This document shows positions 1 to 7,498 of a DNA stretch of 40,158 bases, one piece after another. A model generated the notes under the pieces. It did no database searches. It had not been told where the DNA came from and saw nothing but the letters and a program-made list of their open reading frames with translations. The stretch lies in the NCBI GenBank assembly GCA_030628225.1, contig DAOVRJ010000001.1, forward strand, positions 1-40,158, read 5' to 3'. The DNA is from Candidatus Zixiibacteriota bacterium. GTDB lineage: Bacteria; SM23-81. The stretch's first letter is position 1, and every line of letters begins with the position of its first letter. Both the position numbers and the translations under genes were made by a program.

Positions 1-3
1 CTC

Positions 4-600
4 TCATCCCTTCCCCACCTCACTATCCAGCCGGCGGATCATTCCCAACAACCCCACCAGCGGCAACCCCACCACATTATAAAAACAGCCATCGATCCCG
101 CTGATCAAAAGCGCTCCTCTCCCCTGAATCCCATACGCCCCGGCCTTGTCCAGGGGCTCGCCGGTGGCCACGTACTCGGCGATCTCCTCATCGGCCAGCT
201 CCCGGAAGGTCACCTCGGTGCGTTCCACGTGAGAGATCCAGATATCTCCAGCTACGTCTATGAGCGTCAAGCCGGTATACACCTGGTGAGTTCTGCCGTT
301 GAGCTTTCTGAGCATCGCGGCGGCCTCCCGTTTGCCGGCAGGTTTTCCCAGAATTTCCCCGTCCAGTACCACCACGGTGTCCGCACCCAGAACCACACCG
401 GAGGAGAGTCTTTGGGCCACATCCCGAGCCTTGCGACGGGACAGCTCCACCACGTGGTCCTCGGGATCCACCGGGGCATCCACATCCTCGCTGACCCCGC
501 TGACCATCCGGCGGAAAGGAATGCCGGCCAGGTCCAGCAAATCCGCCCTTCTGGGAGATGCCGAGGCCAGTATCAGCTTGTCCTCTCGAGTCCAGCTCAT
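4..600 (-). CDS. maf: Maf-like nucleoside triphosphate pyrophosphatase (septum-formation-inhibitor family)
   Basis: 198-aa ORF with the hallmark Maf/YhdE motifs: [14 protein letters not shown] near the N-terminus, VLGADTVV mid-protein and [10 protein letters not shown] near the C-terminus. Its ATG overlaps the dtd stop (ATGA), implying a dtd-maf operon. Confidence 0.9.
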   Translation of the reverse strand: MSWTREDKLILASASPRRADLLDLAGIPFRRMVSGVSEDVDAPVDPEDHVVELSRRKARDVAQRLSSGVVLGADTVVVLDGEILGKPAGKREAAAMLRKLNGRTHQVYTGLTLIDVAGDIWISHVERTEVTFRELADEEIAEYVATGEPLDKAGAYGIQGRGALLISGIDGCFYNVVGLPLVGLLGMIRRLDSEVGKG

Positions 601-1046
601 CGTTCCCTCTCCGATTCAAGGATCAGAGTTACCGGGCCATCGTTGTGGATATTCACGGACATGCGGGCTCCGAAACGACCCGTCTCCACCCTCAGTCCGC
701 TTTGCCGCAGAATGGCCACGAAATGCTCATACAGGGGCTCGGCCTTATCGGGTGGCGCCGCTTCAGTAAAGCTGGGCCGGCGTCCCTTGCGGCAATCCCC
801 GTAAAGGGTAAACTGGGAGATGGCCAGGATCTCCCCACCCACCTCCAGGACGGAGCGGTTCATCTTGCCCTGCTCATCCTCGAAGATGCGCAGGTGGAGA
901 CATTTTTCGGCCAGATAGCGGGCCTGGGACTCTGTATCATCGTGTCCGATGCCCACTAAGAGTACCAATCCCAGGCCGATCCGGCCGATGGATTGACCAT
1001 CAACTGTGACCTCTGCTTCGCTGACCCGTTGTAGGACGATTTTCAT
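597..1046 (-). CDS. dtd: D-aminoacyl-tRNA deacylase
   Basis: 149-aa ORF starting MKIVLQRV. The SQFTLYGD and NDGPVT motifs and the ~150-aa size are diagnostic of Dtd. Confidence 0.92.
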   Translation of the reverse strand: MKIVLQRVSEAEVTVDGQSIGRIGLGLVLLVGIGHDDTESQARYLAEKCLHLRIFEDEQGKMNRSVLEVGGEILAISQFTLYGDCRKGRRPSFTEAAPPDKAEPLYEHFVAILRQSGLRVETGRFGARMSVNIHNDGPVTLILESERER

Positions 1047-1091
1047 GAATCATCTCCCCCTGAGTGGTCTCACAGGAAGCTCGTCTGCCGA

Positions 1092-1336
1092 GGTTCGAGA
1101 TTCGAGATTCGTTGAAAGAAAAACCGATGCTGGATTCTGGATGCTGGATCCTGGATTAAAGTCGAGAAGAACGGGATTCGGGATCCGGGATTCGTAAAGG
1201 CAAAGTTCAACTGCTTTTTCCATTTTGCATTTTTCACTTTGCACTTTTCATTTTGCATTTCACTTTTTGCATACTGCCTCCTGCCGACTGCTTACTGCTT
1301 ACTGGTTTTCTATTGCCATTGCTATTGCCTATTTAT
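1092..1336. repeat. Composite array of six adjacent short (mostly 7-nt) tandem-repeat blocks filling the UbiA/dtd intergenic region
   Basis: Read directly from the DNA. Block A 1092-1112: GGTTCGA/GATTCGA/GATTCGT. Block B 1124-1158: (CCGATGC)/TGGATTC/TGGATGC/TGGATCC/TGGATTA. Block C 1173-1193: GGGATTC/GGGATCC/GGGATTC. Block D 1214-1271: eight T3-5(G)CA(C) units (TTTTGCA, TTTTTCAC, TTTGCAC, TTTTCA, TTTTGCA, TTTCAC, TTTTTGCA). Block E 1274-1308: CTGCCTC/CTGCCGA/CTGCTTA/CTGCTTA/CTGGTTT in exact 7-nt register. Block F 1311-1336: TATTGCC/ATTGC/TATTGCC/TATTTAT. Confidence 0.85.
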
Positions 1337-1338
1337 TT

Positions 1339-2178
1339 TCAAACCCAAACCCCGGCCAAAATCGCCGCCAGTCCCACCCACATATCCACTTTGAGTAATA
1401 GGCTCAACCGCCCCAAATGGTCAGGACTGGAATTCCGCTGGGAAGAGAAAATCACGTACAGCAGGGGAAAATCCACACCGAACACCACGATGATCAGATA
1501 GGCCAGCGAGTAGTGGCCGACGAGATGAGGTATCGGTGTGGCTGCAATCAATATACTGAAGGCCAGACCAGCCCATCGGAGGGCGGCGGGCACACCCACC
1601 ACCGCCGGCAGGGTCCGGGCCCCGGCTGCTCGATCGCCCACCTCATCCTGGGCATCCTTGAGGATCTCCCGTCCCAGATGGAAGAGAAAAGCGAAGCACG
1701 CCGGAACCAGGGCCGGGCCTGGTCTGCCTGTGGCGATCCCTCCATAGAGGAAAGCCAGGCCAGCGGCCAGAGCCACTGCCAGGTTGCCCCACAGAGGCAT
1801 CCTCTTCAGCCAGGCGCTGTAAGCCACCAGCAGAAGGACCACCAGGATGGCGATCAGCAACCCCCAGAGGCCAAGAGCGGGGCTGATGGCCACGCCCAGC
1901 ACCATGAGCATCACTGAAAAAGCGGTCGCCTGGGACCTGGTTAGCCGACCGGAGGGCAGGGGCCTGCCGGGCTTGTTGACCCGGTCTATCTGCACATCGA
2001 AAACATCGTTAATGGCGTTTGCCCCGCCGGTGATCAGCCCGGCCACCAAACAGGCAAGAAGGACCGGCAAGTCCGGGCGCAGCAAACCAGAGGCCAGAGC
2101 CCCCACCAGCACGGAGCCGGCGGCGATGACCACGTTCAGCGGCCTGCTTAATTGCAGGTAGGCAATCACTCGTCGCAT
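1339..2178 (-). CDS. UbiA-superfamily membrane prenyltransferase (DGGGP-synthase / chlorophyll-synthase-like flavour; substrate unknown)
   Basis: 279-aa polytopic hydrophobic ORF. First Asp-rich motif is NAINDVFDVQID, followed by NKPGRPLPSG. Second motif is KDAQDEVGDRAAGARTLP. It starts 21 nt after the upstream Omp85 gene, with a GGAGGA Shine-Dalgarno (SD) sequence. Confidence 0.8.
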   Translation of the reverse strand: MRRVIAYLQLSRPLNVVIAAGSVLVGALASGLLRPDLPVLLACLVAGLITGGANAINDVFDVQIDRVNKPGRPLPSGRLTRSQATAFSVMLMVLGVAISPALGLWGLLIAILVVLLLVAYSAWLKRMPLWGNLAVALAAGLAFLYGGIATGRPGPALVPACFAFLFHLGREILKDAQDEVGDRAAGARTLPAVVGVPAALRWAGLAFSILIAATPIPHLVGHYSLAYLIIVVFGVDFPLLYVIFSSQRNSSPDHLGRLSLLLKVDMWVGLAAILAGVWV

Positions 2179-2199
2179 GAGGATACATCCTCCAGGGGC

Positions 2200-3984
2200 T
2201 TAAAACTCGTTGATCACCCCAAAATGCACCTTGCCATCGGCCAGACCATCCCCCTCACCCAACCCGTAGTCCACTCCGACGATGCCCAGCCGGGACTCTA
2301 AGCGCAACCCCACCCCATAGCCTATCTTCTCTCCGCTGACCTCCTGAACAACCTCTGTCAGGGGATCTATCTTCCGATAAAAATAGTGGCCCGCGTCCAG
2401 GAATAAAAAGCTCCACGAGCGGCGTCCCAGGAGGAAGCGATACTCCAGGTTGGCCCAGATAATCCGCGAGCCATGAAACTGCTCCTCCCGATAGCCGCGC
2501 AGCGTCCGGGCCCCACCCAGCTTGAACTGCTCGTTTAAGGGTACCACAACCTCATCGCTGTAAATCTCCCCCAGATGAAGGTTAACCGCCACCACCTGAT
2601 GCCGGAAAACCCTCACGTACTGCTCCAGCTCACCGGTGAACTCCGTGCTCTCCACCCGACTCCGGGCAGGCTGATATGTCTCGGTGGCCTGGTTCTTCTT
2701 AAAACGCTGGCGAATCATCGTCTGATATCGGCCGCCTCTCCGGGGGGCCAGAAGGTCATCCCGAATATCCAGCTCCAGCCAGACACCCGCCAGGTAGGAT
2801 CGGCTGCCGGGCAGATCCTGACCACCCTTTATATCGGGTATCACCCTCTGCCAGTCGAACATCACACCCCCTATAACGTGCTCCCCGATGGCGGAGTGGG
2901 CTTGAATTCCCAGATCCGTTTGGGCATATGAAGAATCCTGGTTGACCTGCTGGATGTAGCCACCCAGGGTCAGCGGCAGACCCAGAAGCCATGGTTCCTG
3001 ATAGGCGAAGCGCAGTTTTGAGGAAAGAGGATCGCACCGGCTCCAGGCGGCCTCCACTCTCCGGCCCGTGCCCATGAGGTTGCGAAAGGAGAGGTCCAAA
3101 AGACCAGTGAAGTATCCGTCCCGTTGCTCTGTGGCCGGCTGGTAGCCCAGCACTCCGTCGATGGTGTTGGTGCGGCCCTCCACCACCGGAACCACCAGCA
3201 CCGCCAGATCGGAGCGATCACCCGGCAGAACCTGAATTTCTCCCACCTCCCCAAAGAAACCCAGGCGCTGCAACCTTCTATGCCCCTGTTCTATGGCCCG
3301 TTGATTGTACAGGTCACCCTCATCTATGCCCAGCTCCCGGCAGATGACGGAGCTTTTAGTGATGGTGTTGCCCTCCGGCACCACCGACTGCACCCGGACC
3401 CGAGCACCTTCCTGGATGGTTAATCCAAAATCCAGGCGATCCTCCGCGGTCAACCGGAACTGAGTCACCTGGATCTGGCAGTAGGGATGGCCGTTGTTCT
3501 CGTAGACTGTCAACAGCCTCTGCACATCGGCCTCCAGAACATCGCCGCGGAAGACCTGTCCAGAGCGCAGGTCCATCTGCTCCTCTATGGTTTCCCGCCT
3601 GAGCCATCCCTTGCCCTGTATCTCCACCTGGCCTATACGCACCAGGGGACCTTCGTTAATAAGCAGAGTCAAATCCACTTGGGAAGAATCCTGGTTGAAA
3701 CTAAGCTTCGGCGGGAAGATATGCGCCCGAAGATAGCCCTCATCCCGGTACCAGCTGAGCAGACTTTGGATATCTCCCTCCAGGATGGCATCGTCCAAAG
3801 GCCGGCCCTCCCGGGTGACCATCATCTTCAAAATGGTCCGCGTCGAGGCGGCCTTGTGGCCCTGAATGTCCATCTTATGCAGCAGAGCTTGATCCTCTCC
3901 GGCGGCGCCGGACCACCAGCCCAACTGAAGGGAAAGCAAGATGAGCAAAAATGCCCTTCTGGCGATATCCACCATTTGTTCCAT
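2200..3984 (-). CDS. Omp85/BamA-family outer-membrane protein, TamA-sized (about three POTRA domains plus barrel)
   Basis: 594 aa with a signal peptide (AFLLILLSLQLGWWSGAAG). Three POTRA-like units end in LLINEGP, LTIQEGA and PVVEGR. The barrel carries the loop-6-type motif KLGGARTLRGY...NLEYRF and ends in an aromatic residue (...HFGVINEF). Confidence 0.8.
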   Translation of the reverse strand: MEQMVDIARRAFLLILLSLQLGWWSGAAGEDQALLHKMDIQGHKAASTRTILKMMVTREGRPLDDAILEGDIQSLLSWYRDEGYLRAHIFPPKLSFNQDSSQVDLTLLINEGPLVRIGQVEIQGKGWLRRETIEEQMDLRSGQVFRGDVLEADVQRLLTVYENNGHPYCQIQVTQFRLTAEDRLDFGLTIQEGARVRVQSVVPEGNTITKSSVICRELGIDEGDLYNQRAIEQGHRRLQRLGFFGEVGEIQVLPGDRSDLAVLVVPVVEGRTNTIDGVLGYQPATEQRDGYFTGLLDLSFRNLMGTGRRVEAAWSRCDPLSSKLRFAYQEPWLLGLPLTLGGYIQQVNQDSSYAQTDLGIQAHSAIGEHVIGGVMFDWQRVIPDIKGGQDLPGSRSYLAGVWLELDIRDDLLAPRRGGRYQTMIRQRFKKNQATETYQPARSRVESTEFTGELEQYVRVFRHQVVAVNLHLGEIYSDEVVVPLNEQFKLGGARTLRGYREEQFHGSRIIWANLEYRFLLGRRSWSFLFLDAGHYFYRKIDPLTEVVQEVSGEKIGYGVGLRLESRLGIVGVDYGLGEGDGLADGKVHFGVINEF

Positions 3985-3994
3985 AACCTCTCGG

Positions 3995-6900
3995 TTAGAA
4001 AAAAGCTCTCATCTCGGCCCTGCCCGTATGGCGGGTGGGCCGTCCTGGCTGGGAACGCAGGGAATAGCTTGTCGTGGCGGAGATGTACTGATTAAGCCGA
4101 TAGTCCACGCTGAGGCTGTAGCGGTAATTGCTGCCCACACTGTTGCCCTGGGCCATCTCCCACGAAATGGCCGTCCCCTCGGGCTCTGCGGTCACATAGG
4201 CCCAGCCGAAATCACTCCTCAGCTTGCCCTTGACCAGAAAAGAATAGGAAACCCTGGGCGACAGGGAGATCATCCGCGATCTAGTTTGGCCAACAGCATC
4301 CTGATCTCCCCTGAATTCGGTCTTCAGAGAAAGCTCCAGGCTGCGTTCCGGGTAAAAAGTTCCCTCCACAGAAAGATCATCGGCCCGGATTCTGCTCTTG
4401 GGGACATCCTCCAGCTTGCGGAATCTGTTCTCATGTTCATACTCCAGCCGCAGCATCGGCCGGTTCCCCGGGGCCAGGTCTATCCGGATGGACCTTTTGA
4501 TCCTGAGATTTTCCTCGCCTCCGGAAATATACTGATTGTTCTCCTGGTCTGCGCTCTGATAACGGAGACGCACCCCCACATCCCTCCGCTGGGGAAAAAG
4601 AAAAAAGTCCTGCCGGAAAAAAATCTCTCCGCGGAGGGTAGTATCATCCCGCTGGAATTTATCCAGCCGCAGCAGATAAATAGCCATCTTATCCTGCTCA
4701 GTGGTCTTCTCGCCGATCTTTACGAATGTGTCGCTGGACAGATTGCGCATGAAATCCAGAACTCCGCCGCTCCGCTCAGCAACAGCCCGATGGGGCGTCA
4801 GGCGCAGACGCAGACCGACTGTTAGATCGGTAACCGGGATGGAATCGCCTACCGTCTCCGTGCGGAAAACCCAGTTCCCGTCAGGATCGGGAATATACTC
4901 CCCGTCCTCCAGGATATAGTCCCCCTTCCCCTCTCCAACATCCACGGGGATCCTCTGCTTCCTGCTGTCCTGGGTGTTGCTGACCTGGTAATCAACCTGA
5001 GTCTGTACCGCTCCTTTCAGAGGTGCGTAGTTGAGCTTAGTGTAGATGAGATCCACCTTGCTGTTGGCACCTTCCATCTCCTGAAACTGTAGGGTGCGCC
5101 TGGTGTGCTCCGCCGTGAAGGACAGGGATCGCCAGTTCCCAACGGCCAACCGGTTTTTTTGTGTGCGGCCGAGACTTTTTTTCAGCCATTTGCCATTATA
5201 GGCGTGATCCTGGCGATAGGTCAGCTGTGTTGAGATTGAGAGGGCTCCCAAACCCACCGTGGAGAGACCACCGCGAAATTGATCGTATCGCTTCCCGGAA
5301 GTCAAACGGCCAACTCCTGTCAGGTCCAATTCTTTCAATTCCCTTGATTCGCCCTCCCAGGAAAACAAAGGCTTGAGCCGCCAGAGGGTATGATCTGTCG
5401 TCAGTCCCCGTCGAATCCAGCGAGTGCGCTGGCCCGATGAGGATTCAAACCAAGGATACTTCCTTTCGCTTTCGATCAACTCGTAATGAACCGCCAGGTG
5501 GGGCAGACGACGAGGAGTGACCTCCGAGCTCAACCGCCTGCGAGTGGAGGAAAACAGGGATCCCCTGCTGAGCTGACCATATTCTGCGGACACTTTCGCG
5601 GTCGAAAAGGGTCGGTAAGTTCCAGAAATCTCCCTGACTTCCTCGGGATCTGGCTTCCTCTCCCGATCCAGATCCCAGCGACGATCATGTTCTACCTCCT
5701 CGCTGCGGCCCGGGGGACGAAAACGCTCATCTGTTGAGCGATACTCGCCCATCAAATCCAGGTGACCAAACCCGCGGGAACCCAACCTGATAGACTGGTT
5801 GATAAGCCTCCCCTCAAGGGCGATGCCGCGGCCCACGTTGTCGTCATCGCTTTTTCCAGACAGGGTATTGTCGTCTCTTAGGCTGATGCCCAACTCGGCT
5901 TTCAACCGTAGAGTGGAAGATGAAATAAGCTCTGCTTGAAAGTCAACCATGGACTGTTTGCTGGGCAGGGGCAGGTATATCCGGGGAAGGTAGCGCCGGT
6001 CACCATCACCCATGTAGACGTAGTAGTAGCGGTTGTCCTGCAGGCTGAACTGGCGAACGTATTCTCCGTTTCCCGATCCCACATCGCTGAATGCCACATT
6101 ATAGATGCCGATGGAGTCCGGCCCTACATACACGAAATAGGTAGAATCCACCCAAACATAGTCCCCCCTTCCTCCCGCGCTGGTGTCCACCAGAACCCAG
6201 CCGTTCCTCCAGGCCGCTTGGGAATCGTCTCCCGCCCCCTCCAGGATGGCCCGATCCTCCCTGGACAGGGCCACGTCGATGGGGTTATCGCCGTCGTCCG
6301 ATTCGCGAATGTACATCGTATGCAGTTTGAGCTTATCATCAAGCAAAGCAGTCCCACCATACCCTCCGTAGAAGCTGCGCTTGTACTTCTGACCGGAGTA
6401 CTCGTAGTCCACCACTATCCGGGAGTCGGCGGTGATCAGATGATGCATGCTGAAAGTGATCTCTCCGCTGCCATACTCGATGACGTAATCGTTGTTTTGC
6501 CCCCGGGTTACCCGTTCGCCACCCACCCACACCCGTTCCGTGCCGGCCAGCACGATGATGTCTGTCCCGCCCTGATCATCCGTCAGCTGATAGGGACCCT
6601 GTTTACCCTCTATTCCGGAAAAGCTCATGCTTCGAAAATATCCCCTGGAAACCGCTCCCGCCAGGGTAGCATGAATTCCCGGGAACTTGACAGCACCCTT
6701 GGCCCCCTGCAGCTTGCGATTAAACTGCCCGAACTCTCCCTGCAGATATGCGATCTCGAAGTCACCCAGGGTGGCCGTGGCGTTTCTGCTGCTGATCTCC
6801 ACCAGTACTTTGTCGATCTCCTCCAGCGTTTGGGTGTCTCCCTCCGGCTGCAGGGGACTGCTTTGATCGGACAGCAGGGCCACAACTTCCACATCGGTCG

Positions 6901-7453
6901 AGACCTTGCCGGAGATATTTACCTGCAGGGATTGTTCTAGAGAGAGGTCGCGATCTGAGCCCAGAGAGATGGCGAAGGTTTTACTTCCGCCCACTCTCAG
7001 GGCTGATGGAATGCTGGTCTTCGGAGGGGTTGTGGTTACAGCGGGGGCGGACGAGGTGAGAACCTGTGCCTCGCCCGGCTCACCTGTCTTTTGCCGATGA
7101 AAGTACTGCTTCTTCAGCAAAAAGGGCAATTTCTCATACTGTACGCGGATAAGAGAGGTTAATGATGGAGGGACAGTAAAAGTGATCAGACCCAGGTCAT
7201 AATCTATCCGGTAATCCAGAAGTTGAGTTAACGGTCGCTCATCTACCCAGACTCGCTCCCGATGGAGCAGAAGAAATTGGTCAGGAAGTTTAAAGGGGCC
7301 AGTCGTTCCATCTGTCTCTAGGAGAACGGTCCTGTGAAAAAGGGAATAGTACTGTTCCCCGGCGGGCTGTCCGGCACAGGAATCAACCTGGAGAAAAATA
7401 GCCCAAACCAGCAACAGGCAAGAAAACAGGTGGCCAACTGTCCTCGTGCTCAT
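3995..7453 (-). CDS. Large (1152 aa) exported protein, predicted outer-membrane beta-barrel of unknown function
   Basis: Signal-peptide-like N-terminus (LFSCLLLVWAIFLQVDSCAG). The N-terminal third holds two copies of one motif: LLDYRIDYDLGLITF...IRVQYE and NNDYVIEYGSGEITF...IVVDYEY. The C-terminal ~650 aa show an alternating polar/hydrophobic strand pattern and end in ...GRAEMRAFF, which looks like an OMP beta-signal. The stop lies 10 nt before the Omp85 gene start. The ORF itself is firm; the barrel call is by eye. Confidence 0.55.
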   Translation of the reverse strand: MSTRTVGHLFSCLLLVWAIFLQVDSCAGQPAGEQYYSLFHRTVLLETDGTTGPFKLPDQFLLLHRERVWVDERPLTQLLDYRIDYDLGLITFTVPPSLTSLIRVQYEKLPFLLKKQYFHRQKTGEPGEAQVLTSSAPAVTTTPPKTSIPSALRVGGSKTFAISLGSDRDLSLEQSLQVNISGKVSTDVEVVALLSDQSSPLQPEGDTQTLEEIDKVLVEISSRNATATLGDFEIAYLQGEFGQFNRKLQGAKGAVKFPGIHATLAGAVSRGYFRSMSFSGIEGKQGPYQLTDDQGGTDIIVLAGTERVWVGGERVTRGQNNDYVIEYGSGEITFSMHHLITADSRIVVDYEYSGQKYKRSFYGGYGGTALLDDKLKLHTMYIRESDDGDNPIDVALSREDRAILEGAGDDSQAAWRNGWVLVDTSAGGRGDYVWVDSTYFVYVGPDSIGIYNVAFSDVGSGNGEYVRQFSLQDNRYYYVYMGDGDRRYLPRIYLPLPSKQSMVDFQAELISSSTLRLKAELGISLRDDNTLSGKSDDDNVGRGIALEGRLINQSIRLGSRGFGHLDLMGEYRSTDERFRPPGRSEEVEHDRRWDLDRERKPDPEEVREISGTYRPFSTAKVSAEYGQLSRGSLFSSTRRRLSSEVTPRRLPHLAVHYELIESERKYPWFESSSGQRTRWIRRGLTTDHTLWRLKPLFSWEGESRELKELDLTGVGRLTSGKRYDQFRGGLSTVGLGALSISTQLTYRQDHAYNGKWLKKSLGRTQKNRLAVGNWRSLSFTAEHTRRTLQFQEMEGANSKVDLIYTKLNYAPLKGAVQTQVDYQVSNTQDSRKQRIPVDVGEGKGDYILEDGEYIPDPDGNWVFRTETVGDSIPVTDLTVGLRLRLTPHRAVAERSGGVLDFMRNLSSDTFVKIGEKTTEQDKMAIYLLRLDKFQRDDTTLRGEIFFRQDFFLFPQRRDVGVRLRYQSADQENNQYISGGEENLRIKRSIRIDLAPGNRPMLRLEYEHENRFRKLEDVPKSRIRADDLSVEGTFYPERSLELSLKTEFRGDQDAVGQTRSRMISLSPRVSYSFLVKGKLRSDFGWAYVTAEPEGTAISWEMAQGNSVGSNYRYSLSVDYRLNQYISATTSYSLRSQPGRPTRHTGRAEMRAFF

Positions 7454-7498
7454 GCCCCCCCCAGCCTCTGAAGGTTCTTCCTCCCATCCCCTCAGCCC

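Noticed and set aside
1124-1193. The plus-strand GGA-rich repeats (TGGATNC x4, GGGATYC x3) as a CsrB/RsmZ-type CsrA-sponge sRNA.
   Set aside because: The GGAU motifs are suggestive. However, they are spaced only 7 nt apart and are not presented in obvious hairpin loops. I found no convincing plus-strand promoter or terminator, and no csrA gene is visible. I keep it only as a remote possibility under the repeat finding.
1006-1258. Small ORFs crossing the heptamer-repeat region (1006..1197 +, 1050..1244 -, 1070..1258 -, 1253..1501 +).
   Set aside because: Their sequences are translations of 7-nt tandem repeats, which shift frame every unit. No SD is visible, so they are not credible genes.
1092-1336. 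The repeat region as a CRISPR array.
   Set aside because: The units are about 7 nt and directly abutting, with no 25-40-nt spacers. Several different units are involved, and no cas genes are in the window.
3941-4825. Long plus-strand ORFs antisense to the minus-strand genes. Examples: 3941..4825, 5936..6940, 12642..13304, 13570..14337, 14698..15534, 15670..16698, 17568..18506, 19103..19753, 20510..21208, 28844..29668, 34234..35238.
   Set aside because: Each lies opposite a minus-strand ORF with clear family motifs. Their translations are Arg/Pro/Gly/His-rich low-information sequence, typical of shadow ORFs in GC-rich DNA, and none shows a recognisable motif or SD.
3995-7453. The 1152-aa protein as SprA/Sov (T9SS translocon), LptD or TamB.
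   Set aside because: It is about half the size of known SprA/Sov. I saw no OstA-like N-terminal signature for LptD. The terminal-Phe barrel-like C-terminus and the upstream gene order do not fit TamB. The evidence is insufficient for any of these names.
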